Below are positions 26,459-36,976 of a stretch of DNA of 37,781 nt, one piece after another. The stretch is from UHGV virus genome UHGV-0171953. One strand, 5' to 3'. Source of the DNA: a virus. Position numbers and translations under genes: made by a program. The notes under the pieces are model-generated. The model worked only from the letters and a program-made list of their open reading frames with translations. It had not been told where the DNA came from and searched no databases. Numbering within the stretch: position 1 is the stretch's first letter; each line of letters opens with the position of its first letter.

Positions 26459-26647
26459 ATGTGTAGCTTTAAAGGATTATATTCATTTGCAGAGGCAACT
26501 AAATTATGGGGATTAAAAGATTCTACACTAAGAAAGGCAGTTGAAACTGGAAAGTTAATAGCTGATGAAGATTGTAAAAAATTTGGTAGAGACTGGGTAG
26601 TAAAAGAAAGTGCAATGATTAGAGAATATGGAGAAAAAAAGAAATAA
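26459..26647 (+). CDS. Small excisionase-like HTH protein
   Basis: YSFAEATKLWGLKDSTLRKAV...KKFGRDWVV; AGGAGG RBS. Confidence 0.75.
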   Translation: MCSFKGLYSFAEATKLWGLKDSTLRKAVETGKLIADEDCKKFGRDWVVKESAMIREYGEKKK

Positions 26648-26744
26648 ATTAAGTAATAAAAAAAGGAGTACCAGTTAGTATTGGTACTCCTTAAACTATA
26701 TAGAAACAATGTATTGATTATAATATCTATACAAGAAAATAGTA

Positions 26745-27362
26745 TTAATTATTTAATTGTTTGCAATAGGGATTAATTATATTTTCATCTTTAAATGTAA
26801 AGCTTTGAACATAATCTATTGGAACAATTGAATTTGAACTTTGATTTTGTATAAATTCTTCGTAATACTTATATGTACCTAAGAATTTATATTCCGAATT
26901 TATAACATTACCTTTTTCATCTTTGTAAAGAAATTCAGCTACTGCAACTTCTTCTTGTTCAAAACAATTAACAAATGTGTGCTCATCTTTGAAATATAAA
27001 TTAAAAGAATTTACTCCTATAGTTCTAATTGTTGTTTTATAAGTATGTGATGTATAAACCAAATTTGAATTACCAGAACTGCTTGTATTAGATGTTTTAT
27101 CTTTACATATTACTAATCCTTTATATATGTTTTTTTCTATTTCTTTAGTATTTTCTTTTATAAATTTATCTTTTTTAATTCTAGATACCGTATTATGAAT
27201 TAAAAAACCAGCTGGTACAAAACATAATAAAAAACTAACTATAGCTAAAAAAATTCCTATAAAATCAATATTAAAAATAAGCCAAACTCCTGTAAGAGGT
27301 ATCCCTAATACAATTAAGCAAGTAGCCAATATTATACTACATGTATTGCTCATATTCCTCAT
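26745..27362 (-). CDS. Membrane protein with two N-terminal TM helices
   Basis: Hydrophobic N-terminus; RBS; independent unit after the endolysin. Confidence 0.65.
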   Translation of the reverse strand: MRNMSNTCSIILATCLIVLGIPLTGVWLIFNIDFIGIFLAIVSFLLCFVPAGFLIHNTVSRIKKDKFIKENTKEIEKNIYKGLVICKDKTSNTSSSGNSNLVYTSHTYKTTIRTIGVNSFNLYFKDEHTFVNCFEQEEVAVAEFLYKDEKGNVINSEYKFLGTYKYYEEFIQNQSSNSIVPIDYVQSFTFKDENIINPYCKQLNN

Positions 27363-27476
27363 ACTATATCACTCCCTTTTAATTTATTTAAATTCATTAA
27401 CCTATATAATTATATTATGTGAATATTAAGAAAAATGTCGTAATTTGAATTTTGATTATAAAAAAATAATATTTTA

Positions 27477-28364
27477 TTATTTTTTTATAACTTGAATTTG
27501 TACTCCTTCTATAGCTTTACCATATATACCAGCATAGTCAGTTAAATCAGTAACCCAAGGAAGCCATCTTCCCTCTACATACACTCTATATTCAACGCTA
27601 TAGTTATCTAATCCTATTAATTGCATTTGTAAACCATCTATATTTTTACTTAATATACCAGCGTAATCTTGTCTATCAGTAACCCAAGGTAACCATTTAC
27701 CATCTACAGTATGAACTCTGTATCTTATACTACCTTCATTTAAATTAGCGTATATTGCTTGTATTGGTTTCCCAAAGATACCTGCATAGTCATTTAAATT
27801 AGTTACATTAGGTAGCCATTTTCCTTTTGCATGAACTTGATACGTTACATCAATATTTTTAGTTATTGAATTAGTTGATGAGTCTATTGAACCATCTGAC
27901 AATCTATTTTTAAAATCCCACCATCTAGCCCAATTATTATCATGAAAAGCAGATGGGCAGTCCTTACCACTTGCATCTTTATGACGACAAACATGATCTA
28001 CATCTATGTTGTATTTCTCCATAAGTTGTTTTGTTAATTCTAAAGTATTTTCTACGGTTTTTTCTGAGATTCTTCCGTTATCAGTACCGCACATTTCTAT
28101 ACCAATGCTATTTTTATTATTTATTCCATATCTATTATGTCCATCTCCGCAATGCCAAGCAGCATTATATTCTTCTACAACTTGATATATTTCATTATCA
28201 TCTACAAAGTAATGAGCAGATGCATTTCTATTACATCTTCCAAAATAATCTGCATTATTTTTAGCAGTATCATTTACATTGCCAGTATAATGGATAACAA
28301 TATATTTAGGGTTATTACCCTCAGAGTGATTAAAGTTACTTATTTTTCTTTTTATATTTATCAT
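27477..28364 (-). CDS. Endolysin, N-acetylmuramoyl-L-alanine amidase (Amidase_2) with C-terminal repeats
   Basis: IVIHYT, SAHYFVD, AWHCG, SIGIEMC and RH...KDCP motifs; three YxV...G.WLP.V...DYAGI repeats. Confidence 0.95.
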   Translation of the reverse strand: MINIKRKISNFNHSEGNNPKYIVIHYTGNVNDTAKNNADYFGRCNRNASAHYFVDDNEIYQVVEEYNAAWHCGDGHNRYGINNKNSIGIEMCGTDNGRISEKTVENTLELTKQLMEKYNIDVDHVCRHKDASGKDCPSAFHDNNWARWWDFKNRLSDGSIDSSTNSITKNIDVTYQVHAKGKWLPNVTNLNDYAGIFGKPIQAIYANLNEGSIRYRVHTVDGKWLPWVTDRQDYAGILSKNIDGLQMQLIGLDNYSVEYRVYVEGRWLPWVTDLTDYAGIYGKAIEGVQIQVIKK

Positions 28365-28529
28365 CTTAAGCCTCCTAAAATTTATTTCTTTATATTTAAA
28401 AAGTCAATAAAAAAAGACTTCAAAGAGTCTAATTTGCTGTCTTTTATTTGAATTAAATTAAATTTATTTATAATGTATAAATAATTTATAAATAATTTAA
28501 ATAAACATTATTATTACATTTTATATAAA

Positions 28530-28748
28530 TTATTTATTATCTTTTAACCCCTTACTAGAGGGGTCTACACATACACCAACTAATGCAGCTATAACAGCTA
28601 CAACAGCAACTGGATTAGCTAATATACTTAATAAAGCTTCTCCTAATAAGTTCCAATTTGTTAGAGTTTTAAAATCAATTCCAGCTGATGAAAATATAAC
28701 TCCACCTAAACCTAACCAAAAATATGGATTTTTTAATCTATTTTTCAT
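28530..28748 (-). CDS. Holin
   Basis: RLKNPYFW...GVCVDPSSKGLKD pattern, two TM helices, upstream of the endolysin. Confidence 0.9.
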   Translation of the reverse strand: MKNRLKNPYFWLGLGGVIFSSAGIDFKTLTNWNLLGEALLSILANPVAVVAVIAALVGVCVDPSSKGLKDNK

Positions 28749-29037
28749 ATACAATCTCTCCTTTTGTCTTTTCTATTGTATCTATTCTATGATGTGCCGA
28801 TTTAGTGCTTTCTTCAACTTTTATAAGTCTTTCTATAACATTACTTATTTTTGTATCTTGAGCTTTTATATCAAGTCTTATATCATCAACACCTTTAGAT
28901 ATGTAATCTAATTTTGTAGCAACTACTGTTTTTTGGGATGCATCATCTTCTATATCATGAGCTGTCTTTTTTTGATAACTCATATAACCAATTATTGCAC
29001 CTACAATTGTACATATAACGGTAACTTCTATATTCAT
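28738..29037 (-). CDS. Lysis-module membrane/coiled-coil protein
   Basis: N-terminal TM plus ERLIKVEESTKSAHHRID; overlaps the holin start. Confidence 0.7.
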   Translation of the reverse strand: MNIEVTVICTIVGAIIGYMSYQKKTAHDIEDDASQKTVVATKLDYISKGVDDIRLDIKAQDTKISNVIERLIKVEESTKSAHHRIDTIEKTKGEIVYEK

Positions 29038-29091
29038 ATATCCTCCTACAAATAAAAAGAACTCTTATAAAAAGAGTTCTTTTTTTATTAT

Positions 29092-29316
29092 TTAAAATTT
29101 TTCTTTTGAAATACTTTTAAATAATGGTTTTTCTTTTGAGTCTTCTGACTCTAAATTGCATATCTTACTACTAATTATATTGATATAAACTTTATGTTTT
29201 ATCATTTTTGCATCTGATAATGCCGATCTAAGATACTTTAGTTTCTCGTCTATATCATCTGTATCTCTTTCAAGATCTAAATACATTTCTATTCTAGATA
29301 TTCCCATGTCTATCAC
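29092..29316 (-). CDS. Hypothetical protein (moron between tail and lysis genes)
   Basis: GAGG RBS; hairpins on both sides. Confidence 0.5.
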   Translation of the reverse strand: MIDMGISRIEMYLDLERDTDDIDEKLKYLRSALSDAKMIKHKVYINIISSKICNLESEDSKEKPLFKSISKEKF

Positions 29317-29374
29317 CTCTTTGATATAATTTTAGTAAAATACATAAATATTATATCAAAGTAATAAAAAAGAA

Positions 29375-29527
29375 CTACTCTGTATAGTCCTCATTTGTGA
29401 TTTCTTTGAATTGCTCTCTAGTTATTGCATTTAATTCTACTGCTTTTTTAACCCTGTCTATTTCCCAAAGTCTTTTGCCATTAACTTTACTATTATAATA
29501 TCTATTTATCATTTCAAACCAGTTCAT
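29375..29527 (-). CDS. XkdX-like small protein, 50 aa (not in ORF track)
   Basis: MNWFEMINRYY...W...VKKAV...ITREQFKEITNEDY. Confidence 0.85.
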   Translation of the reverse strand: MNWFEMINRYYNSKVNGKRLWEIDRVKKAVELNAITREQFKEITNEDYTE

Positions 29528-29529
29528 TG

Positions 29530-29901
29530 TTATTTAGCCTCCTTTGTAAGCATTTGAAATGCTAAATCAGCATTTTCTTGTTTAAGAGAATTAACTGTCT
29601 TTTCAAGTAATTCAACTTTATATTCTAAAGAGTTCTTTCTTTCTTCTTCAATTTCTTTTTTTGCTTTAGCTTTCAATTCATCTGTTTTAGAACTTGCTTG
29701 AGTTTCATCTAAATAAGAAACTTCTTTTTTTAATAAAGAGTTAAATAAATCTTCGTCTACTATTTCAATCAAACTATGTACTTTATTTTCACATGTTATT
29801 TGTATTATATTTTTATCGGAGATACCGCAACTTTGAAATGATTTAGTATCTACTGATATCACATCAACTAAGTTTAAATCCGTATATAAAAATTTTTTCA
29901 T
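29530..29901 (-). CDS. Hypothetical tail-associated protein with C-terminal coiled coil
   Basis: Usual position before the XkdX-like gene. Confidence 0.65.
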   Translation of the reverse strand: MKKFLYTDLNLVDVISVDTKSFQSCGISDKNIIQITCENKVHSLIEIVDEDLFNSLLKKEVSYLDETQASSKTDELKAKAKKEIEEERKNSLEYKVELLEKTVNSLKQENADLAFQMLTKEAK

Positions 29902-29927
29902 ATTAATTTCCCTCCATTTTTTATTAA

Positions 29928-30902
29928 TTATTTTAATTTAAAAACTTCACCTTTATAGATTAATTCTTTTGAAAATCCAACAGACATACTAACATAATCA
30001 GAATTAATTTTTACAGTATTAATAATCGTCAATGTATCTGCATCAAAATATTGCATAGTATGATTATTTTTAAAAACTGCAAGTATAAGTTTGTTAGATT
30101 CATTTGAATACACAGCTATATCTCCAACTCTATCAATATTTACCGACCTAATAACACTATGGTCATGCTCATTGATTTCAGCTAAATTACTACTATTTAT
30201 AAATGCAAACATTCTAAATCTATCATTATGAGTTGTAGCAGTAATTATATCTACTTTAGAGGGCTTAGAAGATATGATAGTGTAATTACTAGTATTATAT
30301 TCTAATAAATTTCCTCCACTAACTCTAAAAACTCTATCCCTTTTTTGAGAGTCTACATAAGAAAAAATATTAGAATCTTTCATATGTCTTGAGGTATCAT
30401 CAGCAACATATGTATTATTTGACAATTGATCGTCATATTTATATATATTGTGTCCATACGTATATATCAAAGCAGTTTTACCATTAGCAGAATTGCACCA
30501 AATATCCCAACTATTGTTACTATCTATTGTTACTGAGTTTAATACAGTCCTAGTATTTATATCTAATTCTCTGTATGCTTTATCTCTTTCACATACATAC
30601 ATACGAGGTGTTAGCTTTTCTTCAACTTCTGACATAGTACCAACTTCGCCAAATATTGAAACTCCTTTTTTTATGTTTTCTTTTTTTAAGTTAGGCTCCG
30701 ATTTTTGCAATAAATTTAAAGGAACTTTAATTTCACTTTGATTATTCACATAACCTTTTGGAGGGTATACTGCAAGCTCTTTAGTGGGAAATTGTGCTGT
30801 ATCTCTAGCAAGCTCTGGTCTTCCAATAATACGAGTAGCTTTTTCAATTCTTTCAAATTCATCAAATACTTCTTTTATGCTTACATTTGATTGTAATGTC
30901 AT
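29928..30902 (-). CDS. Putative receptor-binding/tail protein
   Basis: ENIKKGVSIFGEVGT tail motif followed by beta-rich repeats (propeller-like). Confidence 0.6.
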   Translation of the reverse strand: MTLQSNVSIKEVFDEFERIEKATRIIGRPELARDTAQFPTKELAVYPPKGYVNNQSEIKVPLNLLQKSEPNLKKENIKKGVSIFGEVGTMSEVEEKLTPRMYVCERDKAYRELDINTRTVLNSVTIDSNNSWDIWCNSANGKTALIYTYGHNIYKYDDQLSNNTYVADDTSRHMKDSNIFSYVDSQKRDRVFRVSGGNLLEYNTSNYTIISSKPSKVDIITATTHNDRFRMFAFINSSNLAEINEHDHSVIRSVNIDRVGDIAVYSNESNKLILAVFKNNHTMQYFDADTLTIINTVKINSDYVSMSVGFSKELIYKGEVFKLK

Positions 30903-30911
30903 ACTAACCTC

Positions 30912-31094
30912 CTAAACTTGTAACTTATTAGCTAATTTATTAGCTATATTAATACCTCGCATCCTTTGTCCTTGTAAATCTTTTAAAACATCTTCTAGGT
31001 TGCTACCATCTTTTAAAAAAACTACATTTGCAGATGTATGAGGATGATATACATTACCTTTATCATCTTGAATTTCAATTTTTTTTACAGTCAT
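30912..31094 (-). CDS. Small tail-fibre-associated protein
   Basis: YHPHTSANVVFLKDGSNLE resembles the N-terminus of the adjacent collagen-like protein. Confidence 0.65.
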   Translation of the reverse strand: MTVKKIEIQDDKGNVYHPHTSANVVFLKDGSNLEDVLKDLQGQRMRGINIANKLANKLQV

Positions 31095-31110
31095 ATATAG
31101 ACCTCCTATC

Positions 31111-31485
31111 TTATCCTATAATTTTAAAAAATAATTTCGCAGTTGAAGCAGTAGATAAGCTTGAACCTACTTTTATACCATCTCCAGCTTCTCCTTTATC
31201 CCCCTTAGGACCTTTAGGACCAATATCACCTTTATCCCCTTTAGGACCAGCTGGACCTATAGGACCTTGAGCTCCATTAGTACCAGAGATACCAGGTTCC
31301 CCTTTAGGGCCTTGAGGACCTTGTATTCCAGGATCACCTTTTAATTTTCCTGAGTTTAATTTTTGTTGAAAAGTTTCTCCATCCGCAAAAAGTACAGAAT
31401 CAGCAGATGTAACAACATCTACTTCTTCTTCTACAACTCCCGTGTGTTCATTTAGCAACTGAACCCTTACTTTTTTTAAAGTCAT
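31111..31485 (-). CDS. Collagen-like tail fibre protein
   Basis: Run of Gly-X-Y repeats ([10 protein letters not shown]...). Confidence 0.85.
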   Translation of the reverse strand: MTLKKVRVQLLNEHTGVVEEEVDVVTSADSVLFADGETFQQKLNSGKLKGDPGIQGPQGPKGEPGISGTNGAQGPIGPAGPKGDKGDIGPKGPKGDKGEAGDGIKVGSSLSTASTAKLFFKIIG

Positions 31486-31495
31486 AATATACCTC

Positions 31496-32338
31496 CTAAA
31501 TTAATTTTAATCCCATACTAGGACTTACTTTTAAATTTTCCGTTGAACTATTGCAAGAGTTACTACTTTGAGTTTCTGTTATAAAAAAATAAAGGGTATT
31601 ACTTTCCCTTTGAATTGATTTATCTTCAGTTATAACTAAGTTAAATTTATTATTTATTAAGTTTAATAAATGTCCAGCTGCATTTTCATCTAGTACATCT
31701 TTTATAGTTTTAAACCAATTGTTAAAATCTTCTTCATAATGTGTTTTCATGTACTGAAGCCAACTATCAAAATCCTTACTATGTTCGGTTATATACGCTT
31801 GTAATTGTCTATATAGTTCTGTTGTATCTATAGTCTTTACAGTTTGTGTAACAATTCCACACAATTCACTATTTAGCCTTGTATCCGTTATATTACTTTG
31901 TAAAATACTTATAGCTCCTGCATCAACTTTTATTTCTGCTATACATAACTCGTAAGCATCAGCATCTCTTTGTAACGCTTGAGTAACTGGATTACTAGCA
32001 AAAGTACCTTTTTTAACTTTACAAGTTATTTCTCTATTAAAAAAATCTAATCTTAAAACAACTCTATCAATCCTTTTTAAAACCCCATCTGCTGGATCTA
32101 GCTTTAATATTAAGTCACTTGTATTTTCATAATAATATCCATTAATCCATGCTTTACCGCATTTTAAAACAATTGTCATATCATTTTGTGATAAAATTTG
32201 AAGCCCAGTACTAGGATTTGGAAATACTCCATTTCCTATAAAACTTGCAAAGTATTTAGCAAATATATCTGCAGTATAAACCCTATCTGGAGTACCATCA
32301 CTTTGAATTTTTGCATTAAAAAAACTAGATATTTCCAT
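31496..32338 (-). CDS. Baseplate/tail structural protein
   Basis: SSFFNA...DRVY...GNGVF...GKAWINGY...RIDRVVLR...DTRLN..LCG pattern. Confidence 0.8.
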   Translation of the reverse strand: MEISSFFNAKIQSDGTPDRVYTADIFAKYFASFIGNGVFPNPSTGLQILSQNDMTIVLKCGKAWINGYYYENTSDLILKLDPADGVLKRIDRVVLRLDFFNREITCKVKKGTFASNPVTQALQRDADAYELCIAEIKVDAGAISILQSNITDTRLNSELCGIVTQTVKTIDTTELYRQLQAYITEHSKDFDSWLQYMKTHYEEDFNNWFKTIKDVLDENAAGHLLNLINNKFNLVITEDKSIQRESNTLYFFITETQSSNSCNSSTENLKVSPSMGLKLI

Positions 32339-33451
32339 TTAACCTAGCCTCCTTTTTATAATATCTAAAACTGTAGGAATATTATTTCCAAAAATGGGGT
32401 TAATATCTAATTTACCATTTTCGTATATTTCTTCAATCTCAGTTATTTGTGTATTTATTTGTATATTCCAACTACTATCAACTATAGTTACTAAATCTCC
32501 TAAATCATAATCAACTTTATATTTGTTATTTCCTTTAGTATTTATTTTGCAATCAAAAGTTTGTATCTTTTTTAATTTACAAAGTTTTTCACTACCTCTT
32601 TGTAACAATAAGTTTTTATATTTATCGTTACTCATGTCAGCCTCTACTTCTTCCCCCTTATCGTTTATTATTTTTTCTTTATCACTTAAATCTCTTGCAT
32701 CTACAAAAAGTTCATATCTACTTAAACCAAATCCATTTTCTATTGATGCTAATTTTCTTTTTTCGCCTTCACCAGAACCTGCTATTAGACAAGTATTTTT
32801 ATAATCATTACTGCTTCTAAATAGATTTTGGGATAATATATTCTCAAAATTTCTAGAAAATATACAAGGTGCAATTTTATCTTGATTATAGCTCCTATCG
32901 ATTCCTTTATATGTATTAAATATAAGTTTTTTAGAACTATAATCAAAAATGATATTATACCCAATCTCTGATATCATACTTATTTTATTAATCTCATCTA
33001 ATATATTACCAAAACTATTTTGATAATTTATTTTTTCTAAGAAATTTTTACAATCTCCTAAAATTAAATTAGGAATTTTACGGTGTTCTAAGGTATTTAT
33101 AGCATTATCATTTACAAGCTTTCTCATTAATTCTTCACAAGTACCATTAAAATCAATTCTACCCCAGTTAATTCTTCTCCCTAAATATGCAGTAACAAAT
33201 TTACCTTTTATAGAAATCGAATCTACTCCGTTTAAATTTTTAAATTCAATTGTTTCAATAAATCCTATTTCATTATCATCTTTTTTAAAGAGTATATTAC
33301 CTTCTTGAATTAAGTTAATAGTTTTATTGTTTAACTTGCAATGAAGTTCGAACTCACCACACTTATAAAATCTTCTAATCCATTTTAAATATGTGTAATT
33401 TTCTAAAATACCTTTTAACTCTAATTCTTTATTTAATATAAAAAGTTCCAT
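32339..33451 (-). CDS. Tail tip protein (siphovirus Gp37-like/Tal)
   Basis: W.RRFY.CGEFEL, GSGEG, RYELFVDARD and DYDLGD motifs. Confidence 0.85.
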   Translation of the reverse strand: MELFILNKELELKGILENYTYLKWIRRFYKCGEFELHCKLNNKTINLIQEGNILFKKDDNEIGFIETIEFKNLNGVDSISIKGKFVTAYLGRRINWGRIDFNGTCEELMRKLVNDNAINTLEHRKIPNLILGDCKNFLEKINYQNSFGNILDEINKISMISEIGYNIIFDYSSKKLIFNTYKGIDRSYNQDKIAPCIFSRNFENILSQNLFRSSNDYKNTCLIAGSGEGEKRKLASIENGFGLSRYELFVDARDLSDKEKIINDKGEEVEADMSNDKYKNLLLQRGSEKLCKLKKIQTFDCKINTKGNNKYKVDYDLGDLVTIVDSSWNIQINTQITEIEEIYENGKLDINPIFGNNIPTVLDIIKRRLG

Positions 33452-33454
33452 TTA

Positions 33455-34327
33455 TCACACCCCTAAGTAACAAGGTGTAAAATAAATATTAACTTCAAGA
33501 TTGTTTAAATTTTCATCTGCATCATATCTAAATAAATTGTCTCCGATGTCAAGTTTAAGAAAGGAACAACCTCCACCTTGTATATCTAAATAATTTAAAA
33601 TATTTGTAGTAACTCCATGTAAATTACTTTCAATTTTTTTTTCACCAAAATTAGTGTTAATTAATATTTTTTCGCCTGGAACCATAGTTTTGTTGATTTT
33701 TAAAAACTCTCTAGAATTTACATTAAATAGACTAGGATTTTTTAATGTTCCATTTGCTATAAACTCAATAATCATTCCAGTTTCTATATCTCCATTATTT
33801 TTTACATTTGCAATTAAACTAGGTTGTCTATGCCCCATTGTTATGCCTTTTTCAATTATACTAAGCGGAAAATGAAAATCACCAATCCAATTTGCTATAG
33901 TTATTTTTGTTGTTTCAAGGTCTTTCCAAAAAGGATTATTACATATTAAGCTAATTTGAAACGTTGATACAAAATCTTTAACTGGATCAGGACTTTTCTC
34001 AATTATACAATCTATATATTTAAATGTATTTGTTTTTAAATTTGAGTAATATAACTTACCTTTCAGTTTAGGATTCAATACTTTTATTAATTTTAGTCTA
34101 TTGGAATCTCTATTATTTTTCTTTAACTTTCCTTGAATTACTATATTCCTATCTGAAACCGTAGAGTTTATATAGAATGAGCCATCTGTTGTGCTTTTAG
34201 TACTATTTATAACATTACTAACTCCAGCGATTCCAGAAATTTTAATAAGAAAAAAATCACTTAGAGCAGAAAATTCAATCTGCTCATTTTTTTCATTTTT
34301 ATATATAAATTTTTCATGCAAGCTCAT
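33455..34327 (-). CDS. Distal tail protein (Dit)
   Basis: Follows the tape measure gene; NPFW, NNGDIETG and FLKLDIGDN motifs. Confidence 0.85.
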   Translation of the reverse strand: MSLHEKFIYKNEKNEQIEFSALSDFFLIKISGIAGVSNVINSTKSTTDGSFYINSTVSDRNIVIQGKLKKNNRDSNRLKLIKVLNPKLKGKLYYSNLKTNTFKYIDCIIEKSPDPVKDFVSTFQISLICNNPFWKDLETTKITIANWIGDFHFPLSIIEKGITMGHRQPSLIANVKNNGDIETGMIIEFIANGTLKNPSLFNVNSREFLKINKTMVPGEKILINTNFGEKKIESNLHGVTTNILNYLDIQGGGCSFLKLDIGDNLFRYDADENLNNLEVNIYFTPCYLGV

Positions 34328-34342
34328 AGCATATATAACCTC

Positions 34343-36694
34343 CTAAGTTAAAATTAATTCTCTAAGCATGTTTTTTGTTTGTCTTGCTACTTCGCTAGGA
34401 GTAGGCGTAGGAGAATAAATGTTTTGAGTAACTTCAATATTATTACCTTTATCTTTATTAAATTGACTAGCCAAATTTAAAGCAGTTTGTTTTAAAAGTT
34501 CTTCACTAGATTCATGATTATAAATTCTAGTACCATTCGGTAAATCATATAATTCATATCCACGCTCATGAAGATAAGTTAAACCACCTTTAAAGTGTGA
34601 GTTACCTGTCCAGTTTCCATCAGGCTTTTTCCCATCATTTGTATGTTTGGTGAAAACTTCAAAAATTTTTTTAACTGGATGCCAATTATCCCACCAATCT
34701 TTTATTTTATCCCACTCACTTTTAACATTACCAGTTGTAGTATTTACATCTTTTGAGATATCTGAGTTCATAGAAGTTATTTCATGTACTGCTTTATCTC
34801 TTGTTTCCTTAGCAGCATTTACAGTTTCATCTCTTTGTTTTTTTGCATCTGCTATAAGTTTATCTCTTTGTTCTTCACTTATTGAACCAGTCTCTTGTTG
34901 CATTCTATATGCCTCAGCTATTCTTTTATCACACTCCGTATTAGCTGCCTCTATAGCTTTATCTCTGGAAGTATTTAATTCTTTTATATGTTTAGATACC
35001 ATTTCAGCAGTTATATGTTCATCATTCCCTTTCATTCTTTCAAGAATTACTTTAGCTTCAACTTCATTTTCAGATAAAGTTTTTATAGCACTAGTTTTCA
35101 TACTTTGTTGAAGTTTATCAATTTCGTCAAACTCTTCTTTCTTTAATTTTCTATGTTCATTTGCTGCTTTTTCGTATATTGCATTAATTTTATTTTGAGC
35201 TTCATCTATTTCTTTTTTTTGTTCAGTCCAATGGCTTTTAGTCGCATTTAAAGCATCTTCTTTTTCTTTAGCTGAAAGAGCATTAGTTTTAGCAAAGAAA
35301 TCTTCTTGACTTTTCAATTCTTCATCTCTTTTTTTATCCATACCATCTTTAATTTTAGTAGCCATATCTGTATAAACTTTTTGCATTTCTTGAGATTGTT
35401 TCTTTGTTAATCCAACACTTTGATTTAATGTATCTTTAAAATCTTTTATAGTCTGGTCCTTTTGTTTTTTAGTCAAACCTTTAGTACCATTGACCATTGC
35501 AGTATATTGTTTTATTATTTCATCTTTATTTTTTTTAGTTAAAACTCCCGTGTCAGAAACTAGTTTTTTAAAATTTACAGTCATTTTTTCTCTTTGATCC
35601 TTGGATAAGCTACTAGATTTTTTACTCATTTCTGTAAAGTTTTTAACTACAGTATTTTTTGCTTCTTTTGAGAACTTGTCTGAATTTATTTTTAACTTCA
35701 TCATTGATTCGCTAGCTTTTTTATCTAAGTCTAAATAAGCTTGTACATTATCCTTTGTTGCTTTAGATATTTTAATTACATTCTTTTCTGTAGCTTGTGC
35801 ATAGTTTCCAAACTTATCTCTGCTTTGTTCAACTTTATCTGCAAATAAGTCTACTGCAGGTGTTGCACTTGAATTTAGATGTTCAGCAACTTTATATCCT
35901 GCATATCCAATACCTGCTACCGCAGCTACCCCTAATGCAATTGGTCCTAACGAAGCCACAACGGTAGCCCCAAATCCAGCACCAGCAACTCCTGCTCCTG
36001 CTAATCCAGCTCCTGCAGCTTCTGCAGCTGGAGCAAGTCCTAATAATATTTTTGAAAACTCACCAAATGTAGAAGCAGCTTTTAAGGCTTTGAACTTTCC
36101 AACAGTTCCAATTAATCCACCTATTCCACTAGTTACATGGCCTAAACCATTAGTTACAGGCCCCAGAGCGATCGCAGCCATTCCTGCTTTAACTATGAAT
36201 TCTTGAGTATGAGGACTTAAATTACTAAAGCTAGTTGCTAATTTAGTAATATCTTTAGCAACACTTGTTATAGCTGGAGCTAATGCTTGAAAAATTTTTA
36301 TCGCTGCACCTTCTAGGGCACTTTTCATTTCTGCTAAACTACCCTTTGCATTTTCACTCATAGTTTTAGCCATTTTAGCAGTAGCACCTTCACTGTTATC
36401 TATAGCATTTGCTAATTTATTAAAATCACCTTCACTTGAGTTTACAATTGCTAGCCACCCAGACATAGCTTCTTTCCCAAAGATAGTAGCAGCAGCACTA
36501 GCTTGAGTAGCTTCATCTAAACCACCTAGTTTTTCTCTAAGCTCAACTAGTACTTCTCTAAAGCTTTTCATCTTACCATCGCTATTTTCTATAGATATTC
36601 CATACTTCTCCATCATAGCGGCCATACTATCTGTAGGCTTTACTAAGTTAGTTAATCCTGCTCTAAGTGCAGTACCAGCTTGACTAGCTTTTAT
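34343..36694 (-). CDS. Tail tape measure protein, exon 2
   Basis: Begins IKASQAGTALR, completing the TP901-type core motif; spliced product about 1164 aa. Confidence 0.9.
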   Translation of the reverse strand: MKASQAGTALRAGLTNLVKPTDSMAAMMEKYGISIENSDGKMKSFREVLVELREKLGGLDEATQASAAATIFGKEAMSGWLAIVNSSEGDFNKLANAIDNSEGATAKMAKTMSENAKGSLAEMKSALEGAAIKIFQALAPAITSVAKDITKLATSFSNLSPHTQEFIVKAGMAAIALGPVTNGLGHVTSGIGGLIGTVGKFKALKAASTFGEFSKILLGLAPAAEAAGAGLAGAGVAGAGFGATVVASLGPIALGVAAVAGIGYAGYKVAEHLNSSATPAVDLFADKVEQSRDKFGNYAQATEKNVIKISKATKDNVQAYLDLDKKASESMMKLKINSDKFSKEAKNTVVKNFTEMSKKSSSLSKDQREKMTVNFKKLVSDTGVLTKKNKDEIIKQYTAMVNGTKGLTKKQKDQTIKDFKDTLNQSVGLTKKQSQEMQKVYTDMATKIKDGMDKKRDEELKSQEDFFAKTNALSAKEKEDALNATKSHWTEQKKEIDEAQNKINAIYEKAANEHRKLKKEEFDEIDKLQQSMKTSAIKTLSENEVEAKVILERMKGNDEHITAEMVSKHIKELNTSRDKAIEAANTECDKRIAEAYRMQQETGSISEEQRDKLIADAKKQRDETVNAAKETRDKAVHEITSMNSDISKDVNTTTGNVKSEWDKIKDWWDNWHPVKKIFEVFTKHTNDGKKPDGNWTGNSHFKGGLTYLHERGYELYDLPNGTRIYNHESSEELLKQTALNLASQFNKDKGNNIEVTQNIYSPTPTPSEVARQTKNMLRELILT

Positions 36695-36976
36695 CATTTT
36701 GTTATCGTTAGGTTCTTTATCCTAACCTCTATATGTTTCCATATAGTTCAGACTATATCTTAACCTTCAACTTTACTTGTTAAGGCTCTGCCCTTTCGTG
36801 GATATTTCAGCATATAAATAATTACTTAGCTTACTTTATCTAGTCGTTACACCTTTCAAAAGTTTCCTTATTGACTTGGCTCGGTATTGTCATATTGTAT
36901 TATACAACTTAGAGTTCTACCGAATTAAAGCAGTAGTTTATGCTACTAATTTCTTAGTAACCGAGCATATAAGTTT
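36695..36976 (-). ncRNA. Group I self-splicing intron (IA-like, 282 nt, no homing endonuclease ORF)
   Basis: 5' exon ends in U, intron ends in G; P (AAUUCGGUAGAAC), Q (AAUACCGAGC), R (GUAACGACUAG) and S (AAGAUAUAGUCU) elements; removal restores MANSG|IKASQAGTALR. Confidence 0.93.

Noticed and set aside
29928..31485. Diversity-generating retroelement or invertible tail-fibre system
   Set aside because: No reverse transcriptase, invertase or template/variable repeat pair was seen.
36695..36697. ATG start of a separate 784-aa tail protein
   Set aside because: The G is the terminal intron guanosine, there is no good RBS, and the start would cut a conserved motif.
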